From Octopus bimaculoides (Eukaryota), in NCBI RefSeq assembly GCF_001194135.2, contig NC_068982.1:115971918-116005148 (forward strand): a DNA stretch of 33,231 nt, in the 5' to 3' direction. Within the stretch, counting starts at the first letter, position 1. Every line of letters begins with the position of its first letter. Positions 21,831 through 32,300 of the stretch are shown here, in pieces. A program made the translations under genes and the position numbers. The notes under the pieces were generated by a model. The model worked only from the letters and a program-made list of their open reading frames with translations. It was not told the DNA's origin and searched no databases.

Positions 21831-22284
21831 AAATTATCTTTTGGAAATGTTTCTGTTATAGTTTTACTGGTTGTAGTTCTAAGGGAAGTAAATTTAAGTT
21901 GAAATATCAGTGAAGTTGCTTTTTGTGTCATGATCAAAAGAGAAAGAATCTCCTACACTGGTGGTAAGGAGAGGAGGACGAAACTAAGGTTCATGTATTG
22001 GTTACTGTAGTATGAAATAATATGTCAATACATCGAGATCTCCTCATGTCTCAATGGCTGCAACAGAATAGAGTCCGCTAAAGGAACACAAAAGCGAGGT
22101 AATAGAGGAGTTAAACCGGACGACAAAGTTGGTAAAATATTACTTGGAACACTCCAGTCTTGTAGACTTTATAATTTGATTCCCAAAACAGGAGAGATGC
22201 AATAACTTTGTGTTCAATCTTTTTCACATTCGAAAGAACGACGAGAATTTTAAAACAAAATTTCTTATTTACATTTGTTTAATT

Positions 22285-22490
22285 TAGGCACAAAATCTGC
22301 AATTTTGAGGAGAAGGATAAGTCAATAACATCGAAGCCAGTAAAAGACCATTAGCTTATTTTATCTACCCCAGAAAGAAGAAAGGAAAGGTTGACTAAGG
22401 CGATATTTGAACTCAGAACGTAAAGAGCTGGAAGAGATATTGCAATATATTTTGTCTGATGCTCTAACGACTTAGCCATTCTACTGCCCT
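22285..22490 (-). mobile_element. SINE family A, old diverged copy
   Basis: GGCACAA tail, TTTGAACTCAGAACGTAAAG and CTAACGA anchors in order. Confidence 0.65.
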
Positions 22491-22683
22491 TACTCTTACT
22501 TATAATTAAAAAACAAATGCAGTGACACGTTTACTCTTATGATAAATATTTAAGTAGGCACCTTAATAATTATCTCCTACAGAAATTGTAACCGCTAATA
22601 ATACATTTACTGATAAGAATGTTTTTCAGTTTTAAGGTAATCTTACATCATAAATATTTAGTAGTAATAAGAGAAGAAATAAA

Positions 22684-22800
22684 TGTCCAGAAGTAAGGAT
22701 TGAACCTATTCCTGCATGTCTTGACCTGAATACTCATCATTCTGCCAAAATCACAGAAGTATATTGAGTATGGTGACTTAGACAGATCAGATGGTCAGAC
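22684..22800 (-). pseudogene. Decayed intron-containing tRNA-Leu(CAA) pseudogene
   Basis: Reverse complement aligns without gaps to the intact 5' exon at 25/38 nt (GTCTAAG, CCA, ACTCAA kept). Intron/exon junction CAGAAtgatGAGTATTCaGGTC matches at 17/22, followed by a same-length variable arm and GGTTC-AATCCttACTTCTG. Confidence 0.75.
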
Positions 22801-22844
22801 AAATGTGGTTGTACATATACGTAGTATGTATGTATGTATAAAAA

Positions 22845-23440
22845 GAAAAGGAAAATTAAGAAAACTTTTAACAATGCAGACACTTTTACAAAAACCTTTA
22901 TATTTCAGGCACAAAGACCTACCTTCAGAAGGAAGCAGCCCAAGAAACGTTTAATTACACCGATTTCGTTGTTTTATTTTAAACTGCTCGGCGTTTGGGT
23001 CAGCAGCAGCAGTTGGTCGTTGTGACGTATTGTGACGTACGGAGAGGACAACAGGAAATCTTCGCATCAAGGAAGCTATACTGATTTACCGCCTCAACCC
23101 GAAAATTAACAGTCGATCGGAGATGGGCCGGTGGCTCCTATGAATACATCACGGCGACTACAACCAACATCATACCAGACGCCATCAACACTATCTTCTC
23201 CCCCCCCCCCNNNNNNNNNNNNNNNNCCACCACAATCACCATGTGAAAATACGTCACAACGGCCAACTGCTGCTACTAACCCAAACACCGAGCAATTTAA
23301 GATAAAATAACGAAATCGATGTAACTAGATATATTTTGGACTGCTTCCTTCTGAAGATAGGTCTTTGCGTCTGAAATATAGAGGGTTTTGCAAAACTTCC
23401 TGCATTGTTAGAAGCTTTCTTAAATTTTCTATATTTTCCT
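22845..23440 (+). mobile_element. Penelope-like element remnant: inverted pseudo-LTR, GIY-YIG C-terminus, pseudo-LTR
   Basis: Inverted repeat arms of ~190 bp (22845-23031 and 23248-23440). The spacer encodes GNLRIKEAILIYRLNPKINSRSE..* (23054-23143), resembling the L.IKEAI.I...P.LN end of PLE GIY-YIG domains. Confidence 0.75.
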
Positions 23441-23585
23441 TTCCTTTTTCTATGTCTTTACTACATTGCTTCGATCAAATTATAACGCTCTTGTGTATGT
23501 ATGTATGTATGTATGTATGTATGTATGTATGTATGTATGTATGTGTGTGTATGTATGTATGTATGTCTGTATGTATGTATGTATG

Positions 23586-23630
<45 letters not shown>

Positions 23631-25299
23631 TAAGAATAGTGTGCTTCGTACAATGATTCCTAACCAAGACGAAACAAATTATAATGAAGCACTGTATTTT
23701 CTGATGTTCACAGTACTACATATACATAGCCAGAAAAGGTGCTTGGATGACACCGGCCCACAGTGTGTGTGTGTGCGCGTATAAGTGCTTGCACACGCAT
23801 GTATAATATGCATGCATGCACATTAACCTACTAACATAAATTGACGATCTTGTTTTAACCCAAATGCAATAGTAACAGTAAGAAGCAAGAAAAATGTATG
23901 CATCAACAGCATTTCTGTAGGAAATATTTCTAGAGTTCAAGAGTTATAAATACAGCTTTACCATTTATAATTAGTAAATTCTGTCTTGAAGAGAACGACC
24001 TCTTTCGAAGTATAGAATTCTCGAATTTAGAATTTTTTTCATTTTATAGCAAACGTTTTCATACGGACGTTTTTGACCGATCAGTCATTCTTTGTATTGA
24101 CGTTATTTATGCAATACACCACAGCTGAATGAAAATACCAGCACATTTACACAATGAGTGAGCGAGTATGTTATAGTTACATGACATGCTTATACTGCAA
24201 GCAATAAAGAAGTTTAATGCCAATTTTGTGATGTGATTCTACAACTAACTGTTTATCTCATCAGAAGAAGACTACATTTCTACCATAGTTAACTGGGTAA
24301 AGTATATTGTCTAAAACATGACTAAGCCATTGAAATAAACTAAAAAAAAGAAAAGAAAAGAAAAAAAAAACGAAGCTATTGTTTAAAGATTCAGAGTTAA
24401 ATGCCCTCTAGCGATTAAATCTCTAGTTTTATTCATCCTATCTGGAGATATCTGGATTTATTCCATTTTCATTTGTAGATATATTCTCCGAGGAAAATAA
24501 CTGTCCGAAATGTTGGGTATATTATAACAAAGCGATACTTTTAAAAATTATCCATTCAGCACGCAGACCAGTGCAAAAGGATGAAACAAAGTCCATGCTT
24601 TTGCCCCGAATGATGTTCTAGCCACCATAAATACTGAAATAGAGCGTGATGAAGGTGCAATTTATGGAAGTGTTTGGCACACTACAGATTTTGAATACAT
24701 ACTTGAGAAAATATGGCGGCTAGGTCTATTTGCTCAGGAATGTTTGTGTAATCTTATCAAAGACTTATCGCTGTCTGAAGTGGAAGTAGAGTATCTTGTC
24801 TTCATTTAACATGCTCCCGTTAAAAAGAATTTCAGTGACGAAATTTTCATTTCACTGCTGATGACCAATTTTTAAAACTGATTCTATAAAAAAGCAAAAA
24901 ACAAAACAAAAAAACCAAGCACAGTTTGCAGAGTTGATCAAGCCATACCCCTTACTTAGATAAATTGAAACCACTTTCGTATTTTTGGAGATAATCTCTT
25001 AAATGTAAAAATTCGACACATCATTAAAATAATTGAAGCAAAGGGACATAATTCAATGTAACTTTAAGAATTCATGCTCTCCTCACTCTACACAATCACA
25101 AAAATGCCAATGTGCATTGTTTATCGGAGGAACCATACCCTATTTTGGAGAATGCTTGGCTGCTATAAATAGCAGAAAATGATCTTTGGAATGATCAGTG
25201 AACTTTTATTTGTTAACTATCAAATTTTATCCATTAATTCTTATTGTTTATTATCTTATTGTACTACTGTGAGATTGTTTTCTAATATACGCATATTTT

Positions 25300-25516
25300 A
25301 AGGCGGCAAGCTTGCAGAATTGTTAGCACGCCGGCCACAATGCTCAGCGGCATTTCATCTGTCTTTATGATCTGAGTTCAAATTCCGCTTATGTCAACTT
25401 CGCCTTTCATCCTTTAAGAATCGATAGAATAAGTACCAGTTGATTACTGAGGTCAATGTAATTGACTTTTCCCTTCCCCTGAACTTGCTGACCTTGTGCC
25501 AAAATTTGAAATCAAT
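25300..25516 (+). mobile_element. SINE family A, full length, diverged
   Basis: AGGCGGCAAGCTTGCAGAATTGTTAG..GAGTTCAAATTCCG..CCTTGTGCCAAAATTTGAAATCAAT. Confidence 0.85.
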
Positions 25517-25607
25517 ATATGCATATTTTTTATTGATAATTGTGTTTTACTGATTGTTTTAAGAGATGCTTGAATGTAAACTTTGGGATTTGGCTGAAGT
25601 TTGGATT

Positions 25608-25684
25608 TGGCTATGGGCGCAGGAGTGGCTATAGGCGCAGGAGTGGCTATGGGCGCAGGAGTGGCTATGGGCGCATGAGTGGCT
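25608..25684 (+). repeat. 4 x 18-bp tandem repeat TGGCTATGGGCGCAGGAG (SINE B 5' end)
   Basis: Units start at 25608, 25626, 25644 and 25662, with at most 1 mismatch each. Confidence 0.95.
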
Positions 25685-26085
25685 GTGTGGTAAGTAGCTT
25701 GCTTACCAGCCACATGCTTCCGGGTTCATTCCTATAGCGTGGCACCTTGGGCAATTGTGTTCTACTATAGCCTCTGGCCGACTAATACCTTGTGAGTGGA
25801 TTTGGTAGACGGAAACTGAAGGAAGTCCGTCGTATATATGTATTTATATATATGTATGTATGCGTGTGCATATGTTTGTGTGTCTGTGTTTGTCCCCACA
25901 GCATCGCTTGACAATCGATGGTGGTGTGTTTACGTCCCCGTAACTTAGCGGTTCGGCAAAAGAGAACGATAGTACTAGGCTTACAAAAAATAAGTCCTGG
26001 GGACGATTTGCTCAACTAAAGGCGGTGCTCCAGCATGGCCGCAGTCAAATGGCAGAAACAAGTAAGAGAATAAAAGAGTAAAGAG
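25670..26085 (+). mobile_element. tRNA-derived SINE family B, full length (head, TA/TG hinge, tail module 1)
   Basis: GGCGCATGAGTGGCTGTGTGGTAAG..GGGTTCATTCC..CCTTGGGCAA..GTGAGTGGATTTGGTAGACGGAAACTG, microsatellite, then CCCCGTAACTTAGCGGTTCGGCAAAAG..GGTGCTCCAGCATGGCC..GAAACAAGTAAGAG. Confidence 0.88.
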
Positions 26086-26802
26086 TATTATAATTGAAAT
26101 AATAACGAGAAATAGTAACGAATGATGTAGTGGAGTGTATTGAATTCATTTGTAAAGGGTTCATTCAGTGTGTGTGGGTATGTATGTGTCTCATCTTCTC
26201 TCTCAAATGGACCATGTTAGGTACCGGACTCTCTAAATTTCAAAACCCCGAAAAACAAAAGCTTTTAGGACACACACATGCACGCACGCACGCACGCACG
26301 CACGCAAACACACACACATACACACATACACATTCACATCTCATATCTTTTTCTTTATCTATATATGCATAATAAATATGTATGTATGTGCGTGTGTGTA
26401 TATATACACATATATATATGTATATTCATATATGTATGTATATGTATATATATATATATNNNNNNNNNNNNNNNNNNNNNNNNNNNNNNNNNNNNNNNNN
26501 NNNNNNNNNNNNNNNNNNNNNNNNNNNNNNNNNNNNNNNNNNNNNNNNNNNNNNNNNNNNNNNNNNNNNNNNNNNNNNNNNNNNNNNNNNNNNNNNNNNN
26601 NNNNNNNNNNNNNNNNNNNNNNNNNNNNNNNNNNNNNNNNNNNNNNNNNNNNNNNNNNNNNNNNNNNNNNNNNNNNNNNNNNNNNNNNNNNNNNNNNNNN
26701 NNNNNNNNNNNNNNNNNNNNNNNNNNNNNNNNNNNNNNNNNNNNNNNNNNNNNNNNNNNNNNNNNNNNNNNNNNNNNNNNNNNNNNNNNNNNNNNNNNNN
26801 NN

Positions 26803-27000
26803 TATATATATCATGTTAGGATCCACAATGAGCAGAACTTACTTGCAGGTATTGGTAGTGCAAATCAGATGTGCAATCTGTGTGGGTGTTTTTTCAAAAC
26901 ACTGTCTGGTTTAAAAAGCCACATCAGACGCCATGAAAGGGCTAAGGTGTAGGTGCAGGAGGTGGTCAAACTCTGTTTAAGGAGTAGACAACCACCATAT
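26803..27000 (+). mobile_element. C2H2 zinc-finger C-terminus plus short 3' UTR and (TA)n tail; probably a LINE 3' end
   Basis: HVRIH (end of a finger lost in the gap), then CNLCGCFFKTLSGLKSHIRRH (C-x2-C-x12-H-x3-H), stop at 26950-26952, ~45-nt UTR, (TA)n. No TGEKP linker. Confidence 0.5.
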
Positions 27001-27015
27001 ATATATATATATATA

Positions 27016-27200
27016 GAAATGATTCGCCATGATAGATCGATAGCCACTACACATTCTTTTTTTTCTCTCCTTGTTTCCTTCTGTGTTCCTTTTCGTGGAA
27101 GAGCGTAGGCTCGAAACGTTAAAGACTTTTTCACTTCCCGAGCGTTATACTAATACATCTGTTTGTTGTCTACACCACCTGTCTTTTGTGAATTCTCCCT
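27016..27200 (+). mobile_element. Penelope-like 3' end/pLTR fragment (related fragment at 4145-4208)
   Basis: GAAGAGC-GTAG-GCTCGAAACG motif. TACACCACCTGTC and ATTCTCCC(TA)n are shared with 4145-4208. Confidence 0.5.
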
Positions 27201-27208
27201 ATATATAT

Positions 27209-27972
27209 CCTAGATGTTTTTGACATGAAATGTCGCATTTTTCAGTCATTTAAAAACTCTATGTATACCTTGTATATAATCTTCACACCTTTTCTTCCCA
27301 ACAATATTGATATACAAAATTCGTACCCACAGTCCTTATGAAAATGATAACCAAGCTATGTTAAATGATTTTCTTCTATGAGTACAAACTGGGTCACTCT
27401 GCCGCAGAAGCTCTACGGAATATCAAACGGGCCTTTTGTAATGGTTTTGTTGACATCAGAATTGTTCAGATATGGTCTCAAAGGTCTCGTTCAGGAGATG
27501 ATAAACTTGAAAATAAACCAAGGGGCAGGCCAAAATCAGTTATTTGGCATGATTAAATGGTTTGGTTAAACAAAATCCGAGAACAAAGGTTCGCACAACT
27601 GTTTTCGGACACCTGTAAAAAATTGGAAAAGTCAAGAAAACAGATAGGTTTGTTCCACGTCAACCGAATGAGATTCACAAAAAAGTAGACGCCTCAAAGT
27701 GTGCTCTTTATTGTTTTTTCGACTGGAAAAAGACCATTATTGCATCAAATCATTACTTGTGATGAGAAATGGATACTTTTTCACAACAGCAGGAGAACAG
27801 GACAGTGGTTAGATGCAGGAGAGTCACCTAAACACTACCCAAACCCACCATTGGACCCTAAAAAGTTAGCGGTCACTCTATGGTGGTCTGCGAAGGAAAA
27901 ACGGTAACAGCAACATTGTATTGCTAGGAAATTGATTGTACGTATGAGAATTTGAAAAAGAAGCAACCCAGA
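27209..27972 (+). mobile_element. Decayed mariner transposase (Hsmar1/cecropia-like motifs), 3'-truncated
   Basis: FFYEYKLGHSAAEALRNIKRAF..VQIWSQRSRSGDDKLENKPRGRP (HTH); HL*KIGKVKKTDRFVPR (WVPHEL site); IITCDEKWILFHNSRRTGQWLDAGESPKHYPNPPLDPKKLAVTLWWS; GKTVTATLYC*EID. Stops and frameshifts present; ends at a TA/TG microsatellite. The 5' boundary is approximate. Confidence 0.92.
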
Positions 27973-27979
27973 CTATATA

Positions 27980-27989
<10 letters not shown>

Positions 27990-28012
<23 letters not shown>

Positions 28013-28197
28013 TTGTATGTCTGTCTCCCTTTGACAACTGATGTTGGTATGTTTACGTCCCCGTAACTTAGCGGTTCGGCAAAAGAAAACGATAGAATAA
28101 GTACTATGCTTACAAAGAATATGTTCTGGGGTCGATTCGTTCCACTAAAGGTGGTGTTCCAGCATGGCCGCAGCCAAATGACTGAAACAAATAAAAG
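27990..28197 (+). mobile_element. SINE family B tail module 1
   Basis: CCCCGTAACTTAGCGGTTCGGCAAAAG..CCAGCATGGCCGCAG..GAAACAAATAAAAG. Confidence 0.85.
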
Positions 28198-28449
28198 CAT
28201 ATATATTCATACGCACGCACGCACGCACGCACACACACGCATATACACATAAATACACGTACACACACACACATATACACACATTATATCAGNNNNNNNN
28301 NNNNNNNNNNNNNNNNNNNNNNNNNNNNNNNNNNNNNNNNNNNNNNNNNNNNNNNNNNNNNNNNNNNNNNNNNNNNNNNNNNNNNNNNNNNNGTGTGTGT
28401 GTGTGTGTGTGTGTGCGTGCGCGCGCGCGTGTATGTGTGTATGTGTGTA

Positions 28450-29272
28450 CAGGGTGTTAGGGATAAATTTAATAGTTTGCATTTTAGTAAAAGAAAACAT
28501 AATATCCTAAGAATATTTTAAAAAATAATCAAAAGATATCAATTAGACTATGGCCGGGAGATAACACTTCACTTAAAATTGCCGCCGTCAGCTTCCCCCA
28601 TGGCCACAAGATGGCTCCGGAACATGGCGCATGCGTTCCTCAGTGTGTCCCTGGGAAAGTCTACGAACACCTCCTTCATCTTGGCCATCAGCTTGGACTT
28701 GGTGCAGTAGGTAAAACGTTTGTTGTCTTTCTCAATCGTGCGCCACACCTAGTAATCCATAGGATTACAAATGGTGGAGTTAGGAGGTCAGAAATTGAGG
28801 CTGGTGAAGTCGTAGAAATTCTCTGACAACTACTTCTGACTCTCAACGGAGGTATGGCAAAGAGCCGAATCCTGCGGCCACACGTATGACCTTCCAGCAG
28901 CAACTTTCTCCAGCTAGGGCTTGACCACAGTCTCCAGCAGCTTTGCATAGCTGTCTGAATTGAGCTTAAGGCTCAGTTCAAATACGTGGGGTGGCATGAT
29001 GTCACCCTCACTGAAAACACTCAAAGACCATCACAGTTTAGGGGAATTTGGTTTTCCTGATACGTGGGACATAACGTGGATTGTAGGCAAGCCACCTGTT
29101 GTTCTGGGTGTTAGGCAACTGGTCCTAGCAGAAGTCCTTTTCATCTGAGAAGAACCAGACCATCCCTGGCACAATAGGATGTCTCAGCTTGTTTAGAAGC
29201 TTCTTTGTCTTCGTCATGCGGTTCTTCTTGGCCTTAGCTGTCACAGTTTGTCACTTGCGCCTTTTGCTCGAG
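28450..29272 (-). mobile_element. Decayed Tc1/mariner-superfamily DD37D (maT-type) transposon, 3' half with TIR
   Basis: TA+CAGGGTG terminus at 28448-28456. Minus translation: VWFFSDEKDF..NTQNNRWLA..TKFP*TVMVF / EGDIMPPH..VWPQDSA..F*PPNSTICNPMDY*VW..; exactly 37 residues lie between the QD aspartate and the MD aspartate. Stop at 28569-28571. Confidence 0.9.
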
Positions 29273-29274
29273 TA

Positions 29275-29311
29275 ATACATACGTACATACATACATGCAT
29301 GCATGCATGCA

Positions 29312-29344
<33 letters not shown>

Positions 29345-29465
29345 GCGTGCATGCATACATACATATATACATATATGCCTATATACATATATACGCATGC
29401 ATGCATTCCTACCTACCTACCTACCTACCTACCTACCTACCTACCTACCTACCTACCTACCTACA

Positions 29466-29496
<31 letters not shown>

Positions 29497-29497
29497 G
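29275..29497. repeat. (TACA)n/(TACC)n compound microsatellite
   Basis: Direct reading. Confidence 0.9.
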
Positions 29498-29659
29498 TGA
29501 CTTCTATAGGATTACAACCGTTTTGCAACCTTCATGTAGTATAATTTCAGTATGGAAGAAATTATTCATGCGTGTTTGCATTAATATGTATGCTCAGCAT
29601 TATACAATACAATTGTTAAAGAAATATATTTCCACCTCTCATACCTCCTGACTTTTGGT

Positions 29660-29759
29660 TTTATATACTCTTCACCGTTCGGATCTTCCGGAATTTATAT
29701 ACTTTCACCGATCGGATCTTCCGGAATTTATATACTTTCACCGATCGGGTCTTCCGGAT
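29660..29759. repeat. 3 x 33-bp minisatellite TTTATATACTTTCACCGATCGGATCTTCCGGAA
   Basis: Units 29660-29693 (one extra base), 29694-29726 and 29727-29759. Confidence 0.95.
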
Positions 29760-29976
29760 TTTCAGTTACATAGGCACTTTACGTTACACTTCTTTGTAAC
29801 TGGTTACTATGTGAACTGTTAGCGAACTCCGTAAGGAGAGCTTTATGTAACAGCCGCACGATTCTCTGAATTCACATCTTGTGCTACACATTTGCACTCA
29901 TGCACATGCACAAGCATACAGGCGCCCACACACACACGCGCGCGCGCGTACGCTCACACACACACACACACACACA

Positions 29977-30028
<52 letters not shown>

Positions 30029-30077
30029 NNNNNNNNNNNNNNNNNNNNNNNNNNNNNNNNNNNNNNNNNNNNNNNNN

Positions 30078-30129
<52 letters not shown>

Positions 30130-30257
30130 GAACCTGCAAAATAGGTTAATGTATGATTAGTCTAAGTTCTTTTTTTAGCCGATATCGAATTATCTTTAAA
30201 CAACTTTGATTAAAGTATATTATAACACTTATATAAGGTTATTTATTTATGTTTTGA

Positions 30258-30290
<33 letters not shown>

Positions 30291-30308
30291 TGTATGCATG
30301 CATGCATG

Positions 30309-30346
<38 letters not shown>

Positions 30347-30381
30347 ATGTGGGGGCATGTATATGTATGCTTATATGTATG

Positions 30382-30415
<34 letters not shown>

Positions 30416-30812
30416 TATGGAGGTGTCAGTGCTTCAGTGTCTCTTTTCTTTAACATTTATTTTGTAGCTGTTGCTTGCTAAAGGTTTGCAATAACATAAC
30501 CTAAACATGGGGAGTTTCAGAGCTCTTACACTTCTTGTCGATTTTCTGGGAAACATAATTCTACATAACCTTTTGTGGACATGCAGAATATTCTTCTGCA
30601 GAGCTTTGTTGCTGTCTGTTCATTCGACATGTGCGATGTCACATGGAATATTTATGCTCCTTGGGGATTCATACACGACTTGTCTGATGCGTAAGCAATT
30701 GGTTTTCGGTGTTGGTTTTTTTAAGTAGAAACTGAGTGATACAATAGCCTAAAGCTTCCTGGATTGATATTAAAGTCTCTTCCCAGTTTTTCTTCTGCAA
30801 TGTTTCTACTTT

Positions 30813-31963
30813 TCTTCTATTTTTAATTATTTGAATTCTTCTTCTAAGGGACTGATTTCTAATGAAAATACAAACTCCACGGTTGGAATGTAACTAACAA
30901 AAACAATGTTACATATTGAATTTGAAAAAAAGTCTTGCATATTTCTACTGTTTCGCTCACGGATTGTATTTGTAATGGGTGTGTTAACCGGTCTGAGACA
31001 TACTATATGACTTTCAAAGACTGTCTTCACTTATCTCAAGCTCTTTCCTCATTCGTTTCTTCTTAGGTAGAGCCTGTCGATATTAGTTTTTTCAGCGGGT
31101 ATCAGGATTTTGCGGGTTTTGGTGTCTATGAAGTGGAATCCCTTTACAGACTAAGACTAGTCTAGTTTCTTAAATGTTGGTACCAACACTAGCACTGCAA
31201 ATGCATTGTGGGATATTGTCTTGTAAGAGAACTCCGATTAACATATTTTTCTCAGTCTTTATTCGCAGCACCTTTATATAATATATTTTCATCAATGCCA
31301 AGGTATTTGTAGCATTATTTAAATGAAACAGGAGAGATAGAAAGATCGTCGATGCACATGTTCTGGGTGTAGTGGACTGATTTTCCACGTTCGGTAATCA
31401 AATAGGAACACTTCCTTTTGGAAATTATGAGTTACGTAGGTATTACTCGAAGTTGCAGACCTTTACATGTAACCAATATGAATTTTGTAAAAGTAATGAT
31501 ATAGGATTTAAACCGAAAGAGCATTTCCTTTGAAATATTTATAACATCGGAGGCGATCGCTCTGCTTTTAGTTGTGTGAGGATTGTTGCTCACCTCTTTG
31601 TTAGTCTCTCAATGGTAGCTACAAGTGCAGAGTCTCCAGTAACTGTGTGTGATAAATGCTTTCCTATAACCAAGTCTTATTTTCACAAGGTTTCTGCGTT
31701 GTTTTCTTATCTCGAATAACACATCTTTGTATATCAAAAAATTTCGGCACATTCTCGCACTCCTTTCTATCCGCCTGCTCATCAGTCACTTTGTTGATGG
31801 ACTCACAATGATCCTGGAGGAATTGGTTGAAACAGCTTGTATAAAGCTTGTATATAATGTTTAAGCAAGCAATGAACCGATAGTTTTCCGCCAGCTTCGT
31901 GATTTCAGTCTGCAGCAAATCAATTTGCTATGTCAATCTTACCTTCCATAGTTCTTTTGAATA
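30813..31963 (-). mobile_element. Decayed R4/Dong-like LINE, second copy: RT part and 3' end, with a large internal deletion
   Basis: Minus strand: AENYRFIACLNIIYKLYTSCFNQFLQDHC, KQRRNLVKIRLGYRKAF, KCSYLITERGK, CYKYLGIDEN, HNAFAVLVLVPTF, IDTKTRKIL..NIDRLYLRRNE, then directly LQIQSVSETVEICKTFF. The 3' UTR is alignable to the 10774-10870 copy. Confidence 0.88.
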
Positions 31964-31965
31964 TA

Positions 31966-32300
31966 TTAGGTTGTCCGGAAAGTTCTGGGCGTTTTTAAGC
32001 TAAATCTTTCAACGCTTCATCGAACACACCTGAAACGCAATACAGTTAAAACTTTGGCGTTGCTTGAAGTGTAGTGCATCTCTTCTTTGTTTTTTGACTA
32101 AAAATAGATTTATCTTTTATTTCAGTTACCCTTTATTGACATTTGAAATGGATAACCAAAAATTTCATATTCGCGTTGTAATGCTTTCCTATTTTAAAAA
32201 AGGAGAAAATGCTGCAAAGATTTGCAAAAATATTTGTGAAGTTTACGGTGATGATGCTGTTGGTGAATCAACAGTTCGAAGGTGGTTTGCAAAATTTAAT
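31966..32300 (+). mobile_element. mariner relic: 5' TIR plus N-terminal HTH, 3' part deleted
   Basis: TA then TTAGGTTGTCCGGAAAG (mariner-type TIR start). ATG at 32148 gives MDNQKFHIRVVMLSYFKKGENAAKICKNICEVYGDDAVGESTVRRWFAKF. Confidence 0.88.

Noticed and set aside
25453-25713. ORF with IATPAP repeats
   Set aside because: Antisense reading of the 18-bp SINE-head repeat.
29660-29759. CRISPR-like palindromic 33-bp repeats
   Set aside because: Units are contiguous with no spacers, there are no cas genes, and the context is eukaryotic.
29945-30128. (CA)n-gap-(TG)n apparent giant hairpin
   Set aside because: Both arms are simple repeats flanking an N gap; the orientation may be a scaffolding artefact.
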